Positions 37,403 through 48,380 of a stretch of DNA of 64,000 nt are shown here, piece after piece. How positions within the stretch are numbered: the stretch's first letter is position 1; every line of letters starts with the position of its first letter. Below the pieces are notes generated by a model. It was given only the letters and a program-made list of their open reading frames with translations. It did not search any database and was not told the DNA's origin. Position numbers and translations under genes: made by a program. This DNA is from Vitrella brassicaformis CCMP3155 (lineage: Eukaryota > Protista > Chromerida): the NCBI GenBank assembly GCA_001179505.1, contig CDMY01000373.1, forward strand, positions 31,784-95,783, given 5' to 3'.

Positions 37403-37821
37403 AGTGACGATCTTCGGCCCCTGGATGGCCGTGTGCGTGCAGGGGGTGCGGCCGTGTCGTTTTTGACGCCCAATCCTGGGCGTGCCTCGAAAGGGTTGTG
37501 GTGGGTCGGTCGTCATGTAGATGAAGTTTGGGAGAGAGTGTGATTGCTGTTCGTCTGCGTCGTTCTTGCTGTATGTGTCTCGACATTGATCTGGTCACTG
37601 ACTCAATTTCATTGTTTGGTATTGGTCAATCGATTGCAAGTGTGTATGTCCATTCTCACAGCCATGCACGCGCACATCCTGTTGTCATATCTCTGTCGCT
37701 GTGTGTGTCGTCTTGTCTGTTGGCCATCGACGTTCACTCGCTCGGCTCGACGGACGACTGAATGACCACACAGACAGACAGACAGACAGATAGACACCTG
37801 CCACCTCACTCATCCCAAAGC

Positions 37822-39119
37822 TTAGCTGACCGGTATGTCGCTTCGTCCGCCGAATGGCATTTTGAGGAATGGGAGCGTGCGTTGGATTTGGATGTTGCTC
37901 AGACAGACGGCCACGAGCAGACAGACCAGCAGCGCCCCAAGGAATGTCAGCACGATCACCAGCCACACAGGCACCCCACGACGAGCCACCGACGGCAGCA
38001 CAGCCGCCATGTCGTCCAGCAGCGTCTCCAGCCCTTCGCCAATCGGCACCGACGCAGACGGAGCGAACAGCCGCTGAAGACACAAAACACACACACATCA
38101 ACTCACTCGTGGCTCTCTCTCTGTCTCTCTCTCTCTCATGTGTCTCTCTCTCCCTCTCTGTGTGAGTCATTGCTGACCTTGCTCTTGTCGTTGAGTCGTT
38201 GTGCGAATGCGGGTGTGATGTACTTGGCTGCCTCCGGTTTGGCTGCCACGACGGCCATGGGAGTGGGCCGCCTGGCGAAGGCCAACACAATGCCGTCGCC
38301 CCCGCAGCCGCTGTTGCCCAGTCCATAGCGATGCGCCAACACCGACGCGAAGCGGACGAGACGGGCCGACGGCAAATCGGCCGGCGGGTCGACAGACGAC
38401 GCCAACACAACCTGACACACACACACACAAAGAGACAGACAGAGAGAGAGAGACATGAGAGTGTCACGCTGTGTGTGTCTGTGTGGGGTTGGTTACGGCG
38501 ATGTGGAACGGCCGTGTGTGTTTGTTGCTGTTGTCGTGTTGGCACGTGTGTTGTGCGGTTGTGCGGATCGACATGAGTTTGCGCTCGAGTGAGTCGGCCG
38601 CCTGGTAACTCAGCAAGTGATCCGGGTCACACACCCCGCTCACACACACACACACACATCCATCCATCCATCCATCGTGGGATGTCTGTGTGTGTGTGTC
38701 TGACCATGAGTACTGGAGTCCCTGTCGGTTGCAGTCGGCCGGGTGTGTGAAGGGGCTGGGGTAGGAAGAGGCCGCCGAGGCCGTCACGCGGCCCTCCGTC
38801 GCGTTGATCTGATGGCCACCCGACGGCAGCAGCGGCTCCGTGTCGTCAGTGTAACTATGCAATCACACACACACAGAGAAACAGGGAGAGACACACAGTG
38901 GTTGTCTGTCTGTCTGTCTGTCTCATTCGCTGATCGGCTGAGTGGCTGTATGGCGTACATTGGCGGGATGGCGCGTTGGGTGTCGGCGCCCGGCCCTCGT
39001 CGCACATTGCCCCGCCCGTCACTCTCGTCGGGCGCCAAGGACTGCTGCCGCTGGTGGGCCGCCGAGGAGACACCCAACAGTGTGCAACACGCCACACACA
39101 AGCCGACAGTGACCATCAT
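37822..39119 (-). CDS. TPM/MOLO1-like type I membrane protein, inverted copy 2
   Basis: Reverse-complement paralogue of 32407-33697. The first ATG is mutated, there is a one-Gly insertion (GCGGDG), and the C-terminus is shortened to ...DIPVS*. Confidence 0.72.
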
Positions 39120-39911
39120 TGTGTTGCTCGTGTGGATGGAATGTCTGCCGGACACTGTCGAGACGCGCGCGCCGTGTGACTGACGGACAGATCGATTAAC
39201 GGTTGTGGATGTACTGTGTACGTATGGATCTTGTCTCTGGCATGGATGGCCCTGGCCAGTGTATGAACTCAAGGATGAGAGTGATCAATTCAGCGTTATG
39301 TCTGTGTTAACATCTGAAGTCACTATCGATGAGAATGAGTGAGTTGGTGTGCGACAAGGCAAAGGGGGTTTGACCGAGTCAAAACGTTCACTCATTAGAA
39401 ATTGTGTGTATGTGCGTGTCTGTACGTGTGAATGAGTAATGATGGCTGAATGTTGCTTCATCTCTCCCTTTAAGTAAACTGACCGGCGCACGCGTCGATG
39501 TGATTGATGCTACGACCGACCGACCGACCAAGACACTCACTCATCAGTTCGTGTGTGTATGTGTGTCTGTCTGTGTGCCGTAGCGTAGAGAGTTACACTC
39601 CCATGGTCTCTCCCCTGTCTGTCTGCCTGCCTGCCCTGCCTGTGCAATTCATATATTTAATACAGCACAGCCCAGACAATTGCAACTCAGCAAAGCGGAG
39701 ACACACGCGTGTGTGTCAAACACTCTCCCTCTCCGCCGTGCTGTGTTGTCTGTGCTGTGCTGTCTCGAATATATGAATGCAGACAGACAGGGGAGAGTGT
39801 GTGTTGATATGGTGTGGGAGAGTGCCGTGTTGTGCCTCTAATTGGCTAATTAGAAGGACCGCAAAAGACACACACACAGAGAGAGAGGACATGCCATAGG
39901 GAGGGGGGGGG

Positions 39912-40211
39912 NNNNNNNNNNNNNNNNNNNNNNNNNNNNNNNNNNNNNNNNNNNNNNNNNNNNNNNNNNNNNNNNNNNNNNNNNNNNNNNNNNNNNNNNN
40001 NNNNNNNNNNNNNNNNNNNNNNNNNNNNNNNNNNNNNNNNNNNNNNNNNNNNNNNNNNNNNNNNNNNNNNNNNNNNNNNNNNNNNNNNNNNNNNNNNNNN
40101 NNNNNNNNNNNNNNNNNNNNNNNNNNNNNNNNNNNNNNNNNNNNNNNNNNNNNNNNNNNNNNNNNNNNNNNNNNNNNNNNNNNNNNNNNNNNNNNNNNNN
40201 NNNNNNNNNNN
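39912..40211. other. Assembly gap (300 N) next to a G-run
   Basis: N run. Confidence 0.98.
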
Positions 40212-40446
40212 GGGAGGGATCGAGGACAGCCAAAAACACACACAAACAGCAGCCCGGCCGCCCCCATATGAAGGTACATATACAGTTTGTCGCTGCGGTC
40301 AGTCAGTTGCGCTACATGGTAAAGTGTGTGTGGTCGTGTTGTAATTGGTCGTCTACCTGCATGACACGGACGGACGGACGGACAGAGACGTACCAAAATG
40401 CGTGTGTGTGGGACTCTTTCTCGTCCATCCGGGGCGTTGACCTCCG

Positions 40447-41048
40447 TCATTCCAGGCCCCAGCGGCACTGTCCGCCACGGCACCAGCAGGTTGCACCGGA
40501 AGGCAGGGGATGGCCACACTGCTTTCCCTCGGTCGGTCCAACGTCCTGGTTGCTGCAGTCCGAGCCGTAATCTCTACACTCAGCCGTGGTCGTACCTGCA
40601 GGCACACGTGAGGATGCGCGATCGAAGCTATCATCTCCCGTACGGTACCCGTTTGCGTACCTTGCTGGGTGCCGGCGGTGGCCTTGGCTATCGTCGCCAT
40701 CTGCCCCTCCACCTTCTCGATGGCTTCCAGGGCGCTGGCCGCCAGTTTCTCGGCGGCCGTGTCGAGCTGCTGCGCGGCGATGTTGAGCTTCTGAGCGGCC
40801 GTCATGGAGGTGATGGTCTGGCTCAGCTGCTGCTGCACCAACAAGGCCACCTACTGGGCCTCAAGCGCCGACGCCGCACCACCTGCACACACACGGCACA
40901 CCAACACACAAACATAGATCTCGACCTGCACGAAGGGAAGGATCACGGGCGAGGCCACCAACCGTGCTCGTAGCGGTCCACCGACACCTCTGCAGCCACA
41001 GATCAGCCATGCAGCCATTACAACGCACAAAATGGGCAGATCTGCCAT
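40447..41048 (-). CDS. Putative small secreted protein: helical A/Q-rich segment + C-terminal six-Cys module
   Basis: Signal-like MADLPILCVVMAAWLICGCRG, then VALLVQQQLSQTITSMTAAQKLNIAAQQLDTAAEKLAASALEAIEKVEGQM. The last exon reads TTTAECRDYGSDCSNQDVGPTEGKQCGHPLPSGATCWCRGGQCRWGLE*. The splice around 40851-40920 is ambiguous. Confidence 0.45.
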
Positions 41049-41307
41049 GATGCATGGTCGGTTCGGTGTGGGGGTGCTTCCCTCTGAGCACCGGCGAGCT
41101 GTGTGGCGAGGAGAGGCTGCAAAAAGGCGGCCAGGCCAACCAACAGGGTGGCAGCGAAGCCGAAACCCGTCATCGAGGCTCCGCAGACGTCTGAAAGATG
41201 TGCACACTCGAGCGCAAAGAGATCTTTCTCTAAGAAGATCTCTGGTTTGCGGAGTGGGGGCCGTGGTGGGCGTCTCCGTCCCGGGCTCCCTGGCAGCGTT
41301 GGAAAGA

Positions 41308-44300
41308 ATGTTGGGCGTCTGGACACAAGGCAGCGGCAGCCCACGTGTGCAGGGTCGGGAGGGCAGCATCTCGAGCGACGCCAAGAGCCGCCCATCTGCT
41401 GATGACCCCGGCTACGTCCAGCTGCCGAGAGTGGAGGATGGAGAGAAGGAGGCCATCGCTCACGGACAGACAGTGAGAGAGAAGGTCGGCTTGTATTGCT
41501 CTTGCATCTCTACATCCTCCTCTCACGTCCTTTCCATTGCAGATGGCTGTGATGTCCCGTCAAGCGGCGTCGGCCTCGAGTGACAACGTTCCTCTTCTGC
41601 TGGGCAACGAGGAGGGGCACGTTGAGTTGCAGCTGGCTGATGTCGAGCATGACGTCCCTTTTGCCCCGAGACTGCTCGAAGAGGTTCCATCCACTTCCTT
41701 GTCCACCTTATCGAGCAACTGATGAGTGCTGTCACTTGTGTCTCTTCATCCACAGGTCCCCCTTGTGGGTGCCCCTGCCATCGACGAAGCGACCAAACCA
41801 CTCAGAGACAGGATCGAATCGGCAGTCTATGGCCGCGCAGACACAGCAGCCCTGGAGCAACTGCGGGAGGATCTTGCCAGTCTGCCGCATGATCGAGCGG
41901 AGAGAATGCTGACGACTGGAGACTGGATCTTCGGATCTGCAATCCACGATGCTGCAGGTATACATCGTCGTCTTACGTCATGTACATGACGGAGCCACAA
42001 AGTTCCTGTCTGCTTCTCAGATGAGAGTGGGAACAAATACAGCCCACCGACGGTAGAGGTGTTTGAGGTGCTGCTGCACAACCGGCGTCACCTGCTCAAA
42101 CTGAAAAATAGAGTATCGTGCTCGAGTGTCATGCTCGTATCTGTGAGTGACAACTGATCACTGCTGTCTTCCTGCTGTGTCTACAGTTCGGTTACACGCC
42201 ACTCCATTACGTTGCGATGAAAGGTGGTGGAGATGATCTTGTTGAGAAGTTCATCGAGTGGGGCGGAAAGGACCTGCTGAAAGCTCAGAACAAGGTGAGG
42301 GTGAGGAAGGTCGCTCATTCTCTTTATTCGCCGACTGGTGTCGCCACTGCTGTCTTCCTGCTGTGTCTACAGTACGGCAGCACGCCACTCCATTACCTTG
42401 CGGAGAAAGGTGGTAGAGATCATCTCGTCAAGAAGTTGATCGAGTGGGGCGGAAAGGACCTGCTGACAGCTCAGAACAGGGTGAATCTGGGAAAAGATAC
42501 GTTCATTTTTCCAATTGGCCGACCGTTGCCTTCTGTGTCTCTAGGATCGCAAGACGCCACTCCATTACGTTGCGGAGAGAGGTGGTGGGAATGATCTCGT
42601 CAAGAAGTTTGTCGAGTTGGGCGGAAAGGACCTGCTGAAAGCACGAGACAAGGTGAAGATGAAAACCTTTGACGGCTGCACATCAACATGGGCGAGGCGT
42701 TCGTGTTATTGTCCGTCTGGCAGGGTGGTCGCACCCCTTTGCACTCTGCAGCAGGTAGGGCATATTGACTGTGCGGCTTCTGTAAGGACTCGTGTTGCCG
42801 TGTGGCAGCATCTGGCCACGCAAGTATGTTGGAGACGATGCTGGAAATGGCCCCTGACTTGTTGGAGGACGATGATTGGGTACATATCTCATAGCACGGC
42901 CAAACGTGCTAGAGCTTGTTTTTGATCCACAGGACGGACACAACCTTCTTGACGTAGCAGCGGGTCAGTCGGCCATGTAGAAAAATAATGGCAGGAGAAG
43001 GAGGTTTCTGACTGTCTTTTCTTCTCCAGAGGCAAACAGCGCAGGAGTGCTTCAGGCGCTAGTAGCGAAAAACCCCGACCTGCTGACGAAAGGGCCGTAC
43101 GTAAGCCTCAATACATGATATGAGCTGTTGTGCATTCTACGCGTCGCTTGCTGCGCAGAAGTCGCGCGGCATCAAGCAGGAGACGCCTTTCCATGTCGCC
43201 ATCCGCCTGAAGTGTGGCAAAGCTGCTGGAGCGATGTTGGCGGCGTCTGAAGCAAAAGGCGTGGTCATATGGTGGCTCGGTTTCAATAAAAAGCTGCTTG
43301 ACAGCGTCTTGCAGCCAGACGTCCTTCCCGGAGTCATTCCCTTCATGAAACAAGGATTCGCGCAGTACCTGAGACACCAATCCTGGTCGGTGGGCTTCGA
43401 CAGCGTCCGCTGGTGCTCATTCTTCCGCAAGTTCATGCAGTCGCGACAGAAGGACTCTCTTACAGAGTAGGGTCAGGGCCGAGCCCGGTCAAGGAGAGAC
43501 ACGACGTGAATGAAGAGCGCTTGTGTTGTTTTGATGAGTGTGCAGTGACATTGCGGGGTCAGCATCGTGGCTCGAGGTAAAAGTGGAGAACCCATTCGCT
43601 GTTTCCCTACCTTTGGAATTCAATCAGGCCTTCGCAGCAGAATTCTGCACCAATACACGAGAAGAAGATTTCCGCCGATCGGTCGAAGGCCGCGAGGAGA
43701 GGTTTTTTGAGCACCTAGAGTCTGCTGAGCCCCTGACAGTGGTCACGCAAGGTACAGTTGCTTAATTCGGCCTACATTCCTGTCCTTCATTGATTGTGAC
43801 AGCCAATTGCATTAACCTAATCACGCACCACTGGCGGCATATCTATGATGCTGGCGCACCACTGGCGATCATAGACAAACGAGATACCACTGACGCTTCC
43901 TGGACTAAGGAGGTGATGAAAAGCCATGGGACAGAGTTTTCACCTCGGAGTGCATTCTTCAGCCGCGTGCTGTCAATGCTGCTGATGTAAGAACGCACAT
44001 AGAAGCCAATGCAGGCGGGAAGAGACATGGTATTCTCGTGTTGGCAGGGTCTTCTCTGTGTTGCTCCACACAAGAAGCATCAAGGGAGACGGCGTGGCTG
44101 CAGCGGGGCAGTCTGTGTGGCTGTGGAGTGCCCTGGCGACTGGTGTTGGCTTCATTGTGGTCGAGTGGTTCCAAGTAAGGGAGAATCGAGACAAGAAGCT
44201 TAACTAAAGAAGCCGTATTGTCTTGATGTCCTCTGCCATGTACCTAGCTTTTCCGCTTGAAGGCACACTACTGGAAGGACTCCTGGTAAGCAAACGTTCC

Positions 44301-46217
44301 TGATCTGAACTTGGAAGGTTCATCACACTTTTGATCTCAACCTGCTTTCATGCAGGAATTACCTCGACTGTGTCTCGGGCGTGTCGATCGCCGCCTTCAT
44401 CGCCATCCACTTCATCGGCTGGTCGACTGAAGCGGAGGTCGGCTCGGGCATTGTGGTCGCGCTGCTCTTTGCCCTCCGTCTCCTGCAAGCCGCCAGTCTT
44501 CTCCCCAACGTCGGACCGCTCATTCTGTGAGCACAGAGCCACAGACACACACACACACACACAGAGACACACACACAGAGAGACAAAGACAGGTGTCTTA
44601 TGCTGTGTAATGGGTGTGCGTGCCAGGGCTGTGGTGAGGATGCTGGCGGATATCAGGAAGTTTCTGCTGCTGTACCTCTACATCCTGCTGGTCTTCGCGG
44701 GCGTCTTCACCATACTCTCATCCGACGAAGACCATGACTACTTCGGCTCCTACGGCCAGGCCATGCTCGCACTGTATGGGAGCTCATCAGGACACGCACT
44801 CGACGGTGGTCATGTCGCGTCTTTGTGTGTCAGTTTCTACGCCGGCCTTGGCGACTTCAATGACGCGCTGAACGACGCCATTGAGAGCCACGACACGCTG
44901 GGCGCCGTGCTGCTGTTCACCTACATCATCCTCTCATCCATCATACTCGTGAGCTAAAAATTACGCATTCGTCAATGGACGCGCACACCCAAAGAGTCTC
45001 TTTCCTGTCTTTCTCCGTCCGCATGCATCAATAGCTCAACCTCCTCATCGCCATTATGGTGAGACACACACACCAAATATACCAAATAGAGATTGTGCCA
45101 TATGATCGATCCAACGTCTGTGTTGTGTGTCAGGCGTCCACTTACTCGGCAATTGAGGACACACAGGACGCGCAGTACCAGTAAGCAAACAACACCAACA
45201 GGCAGTGGGAGAGCGACAGAGGCCTATGGGATTGTCCAGGCTGCTGCGCATTCGCGTGTTGAATGAATACCTCACAATGCCGCCGCACGAGCGGCTGCCG
45301 CCACCATTCAACCTCATCGGTCAGCAGCTTACCAACCGCATCGTTTTAAAAGTGCTCGACTCACTCATGTCTCCATTGACTTTGCAGCTTTTCTTCTGTC
45401 GGCCCCCTTGCCGTATCTCGCCTCTCTCATCAGCGCAGATCGGCGTCAGCAGTCGACAATGTGCCGCATTGCCTTTTGGTGCATGGTGGCTCTGTATGCC
45501 ACCATCGACGGGCTCCTCTTTACCGTGGCATTCACACCCACATTCATCCTCTCGGCTCTAGAGCGGCTGCCACACGTGCTGCAGGAGAAAGCCTATGGAT
45601 CGGATGCCCCCTGGGCCTGCCTCTTCCAGCGTGCAGAATGGCTTTGGCAGCGGCTGTGGAACGCCATTGTGCTCACCCTTCTCACGCCACTCAGCATACT
45701 CCGCTTCTTCATGCTCTTTGTAGAGATGGAGCGTCTATCAGTAAGGCACCGAACGAGGAAAGACGCCATGTCAAATCCATTCTGCTGTCATTTTGCTGTC
45801 GAATTAAGGCCGCGAACTCATCATCCTTTCGTCTTCCAGAGGTGCATATTGCGACGGAGAGCATCGACGAGTGGATCAGGGCGGCAGATTCCCACAACGC
45901 GACTTCGCCTGACATCATGGCGGGTGAGAGAATACTGAGACACACACAGACAAATCAGCCACTATCTGTCCCGTATGGCAGTGTTGCAAGTGATGGATAA
46001 ACGGCAGATGGAAATGGACGACCGACTGAAGGAAATCGGTGAGCGACAGATGCGGATGGATGACCGGTTGACGGAGATGGAGACACAGATCAAGCGGAAG
46101 ATACAGTGAGATGGATGGATGGGCAGAGAGACAGACAGGAGTCGACGATGTCTGGGAGACACCGAATCGCAATGCTCATGCGCTGACTGAACCATTAAAG
46201 AAGTCGGCACCGACTGA
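41308..46217 (+). CDS. Ankyrin-repeat TRP-like cation channel
   Basis: Ankyrin repeats (TPLHYVAMKGG, TPLHYLAEKGG, TPLHYVAERGG, TPLHSAA, TPFHVAIR). TM region NYLDCVSGVSIAAF...LRLLQAASLLPNVGPLIL|AVVRMLADIRKFLLLYLYILLVFAGVF, pore FGSYGQAMLAL|FYAGLGDF, S6 IILSSIIL|LNLLIAIM|ASTYSAI, post-TRP LPPPFNLI, and a C-terminal coiled coil. The start codon is uncertain. Confidence 0.85.
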
Positions 46218-46460
46218 CGACTACCGAGAGACATCAAATGTGATGACTACTGAATGGTCAGATAAGCCCTGGTGATCTTCAGGGGCTGAATGGGATGCGT
46301 CGATCATGGGTGGCCTCTACGCATTCATGCATTCATGTGAACACTGATCGACACGCGGGGCAGGAGCTGCCGTGGGCCGCTGAGTGTTTTTGCGTCTTGC
46401 AAAGATCATGTTGTAGCATGCGCAGATCGGAGTGAGTCAGACATGCAGTTGTCTCTGTTG

Positions 46461-48234
46461 TCAGTGGAGGTCCGCGCAGCAGATGCCCAGCCCGACTGCT
46501 GCCTCACTGCCGTCACCTAACGCCACCCCGCTGCTAGCGCTCCCACCCCCATTGGCTACCGCTCGTGTCCACACGAGGGTGTCCTTCGACACCTGCACGC
46601 ACCATATGGCAGCCATGAAAGAATGGATGGATGCATTAATCGGTGGCTCACCCATCCGTTGACCCGTGCGACCTGCAATGCACCCGTATGTTGCTCGAGG
46701 GACGTGCAGATGTGATAACCTGTGTGTGGCATCCATCCATTCGACAGGCAATGCACCCCCGCCTCCCCACCCCCCTGTTCCCGTGTCTCCCTCACTGACC
46801 TTCTGCACACGCGTCGATGGCCTCCTGCAGAGTGCAGTGGAGGCATCCGAGACGCACATACGCCGGGCCCACACCAGCTGCAAAGGAGAGGAGAGGGGAC
46901 CATGAATTCATCAGCCCACAACAGACCTTCGTTTGTTTATGCAGGAGGTGGTGGGCGTACCGAGTGCTGGTGCGGCCTCTGCTGTGATTTCGTCTCGCCC
47001 CAGTGCTCTGTTGTAGATCCGTAGCTCGTCCATCATCAGAGGCGCTGATAAGGGAGACACACGAATGCGAGCGTTGCATGGGTCTCGCATCAGCAGTCTC
47101 GTGTTGCCTTGGTTACCTTTGCACTGATCTCTGGTGCCCTCAGTGCCTGGGTGAGGATAGCGGAGAGAGGAAATGACAGCTGATGGCTGATGGGTGATGG
47201 CCGATGGCCGACGGGCTGTGTCTTCTTGTCTGCCTTGTTCTTTCTTACCGCCGACGAAAACAGGATGTTCAAGCAAGGGACTATCACCTGTGTGGGCCAC
47301 ATGGGCCACAATCACACACATGGATGGATGGATGGATGTGTTTGTCGGCTGACCGGTCGTCTCATAGCTCGAGTCAAGGATGCCATTCAGGTAAAGCCGC
47401 AGCCTACTGCCGTGCCGCACAACCGCCACATGGTTCCAGGAGTTCCGCAGCGGCACTCCATGGCTCAATATCGCCTCGTGCTTAAACACCTCTCCCCACC
47501 CACCACCACTAGCCGCCATCCTCGTCGTCATCTCAACCTTGATGCGCACAGGATGGCCCACACTATATGAAATTGACGGCGCGCGAAACATGGTGCCGTT
47601 CTCGGTTCCTCCCCGGTGCAGCATCGGGCACCATGTGTCCTGGCTGCCGCTGGTCATGCTGGCTGCGTCGCGCAAGAGGTGAAACCAGAAGGTGTAGGAT
47701 GAGTCGCGGCCTTCCAGCAGACATGGGAGGGCAGGTATGGCGGCGAAGGACGACTGGAAGACGGCCGATGAGCCCATGGCGGGGAGGGACGGCCCTCTCT
47801 CGAAGAAGCCCTGACCGTGCTGCTCGTTGCCGGACGCATCGAGCATCCCCTGGAGGTCAAAGTTGTAATGACCTGCGTGAGAAGGGAGAGAGGAAACACC
47901 AACACCGTCGTGTTTGCTGTGCTGTGGTGCCTCTGTGGTGTTGTCCTCTCTCTTGCCGCATATGCCGAACAGCTTTGCTCTTGGAAGAAGCATGTGCGTC
48001 CCCCCGTTTGTGCACACCCGGCCGTCCATCGCCACGTCGCATGATACGAAGCCTGTGGACGTCTGGAGAGTGCTGTTGGCCGACGAAACGGCCTCAAGGA
48101 CACTCCTGAAAGGAAAATGAGCCAAGAGAGCAGCAAGATCTCGTTCGTGCATATGGGCATCACCTGGAGGCGTCATCGGCGCAGGTCTGGCGCAGGACCG
48201 AAAGAACAATGGCCAATATCCTCAGACGCCACAT
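46461..48234 (-). CDS. Secreted LamG/pentraxin-like (concanavalin A-like jellyroll) protein with Cys-rich C-terminal module
   Basis: Signal peptide MWRLRILAIVLSVLRQTCA. YNFD...DASGNEQHG, YTFWFHL, WNHVAVVRHGSRLRLYLNGILD, MDELRIYNRAL. C-terminal LGCLHCTLQEAIDAC..YHICT...VARVNGW...GLGICCAD. Confidence 0.82.
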
Positions 48235-48380
48235 GGCGGTCCTCAAATGGCCAGCTACACGCGTGTTCGACAGGTTGGCTTTGAACCGGGCCGCTTGGCC
48301 CAAATCATCTTCCGCGCCAAAAGGTGGATCGCCACTCAGAAAGATCCCGGCTTCGAATGGGTCTTGGATGCACGCGAGCG

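Larger units (their letters stand above)
32130..39300. repeat. Inverted duplication: arms about 32130-33870 and 37640-39300 enclosing UBX and DnaJ genes
   Basis: Exons, introns and flanks of the TPM gene are reverse-complement matches with scattered substitutions and indels. Confidence 0.92.

Noticed and set aside
48305-48322. E2F-like site (CGCGCCAAA) in the LamG/CA spacer
   Set aside because: A single short GC-rich match with no supporting context.
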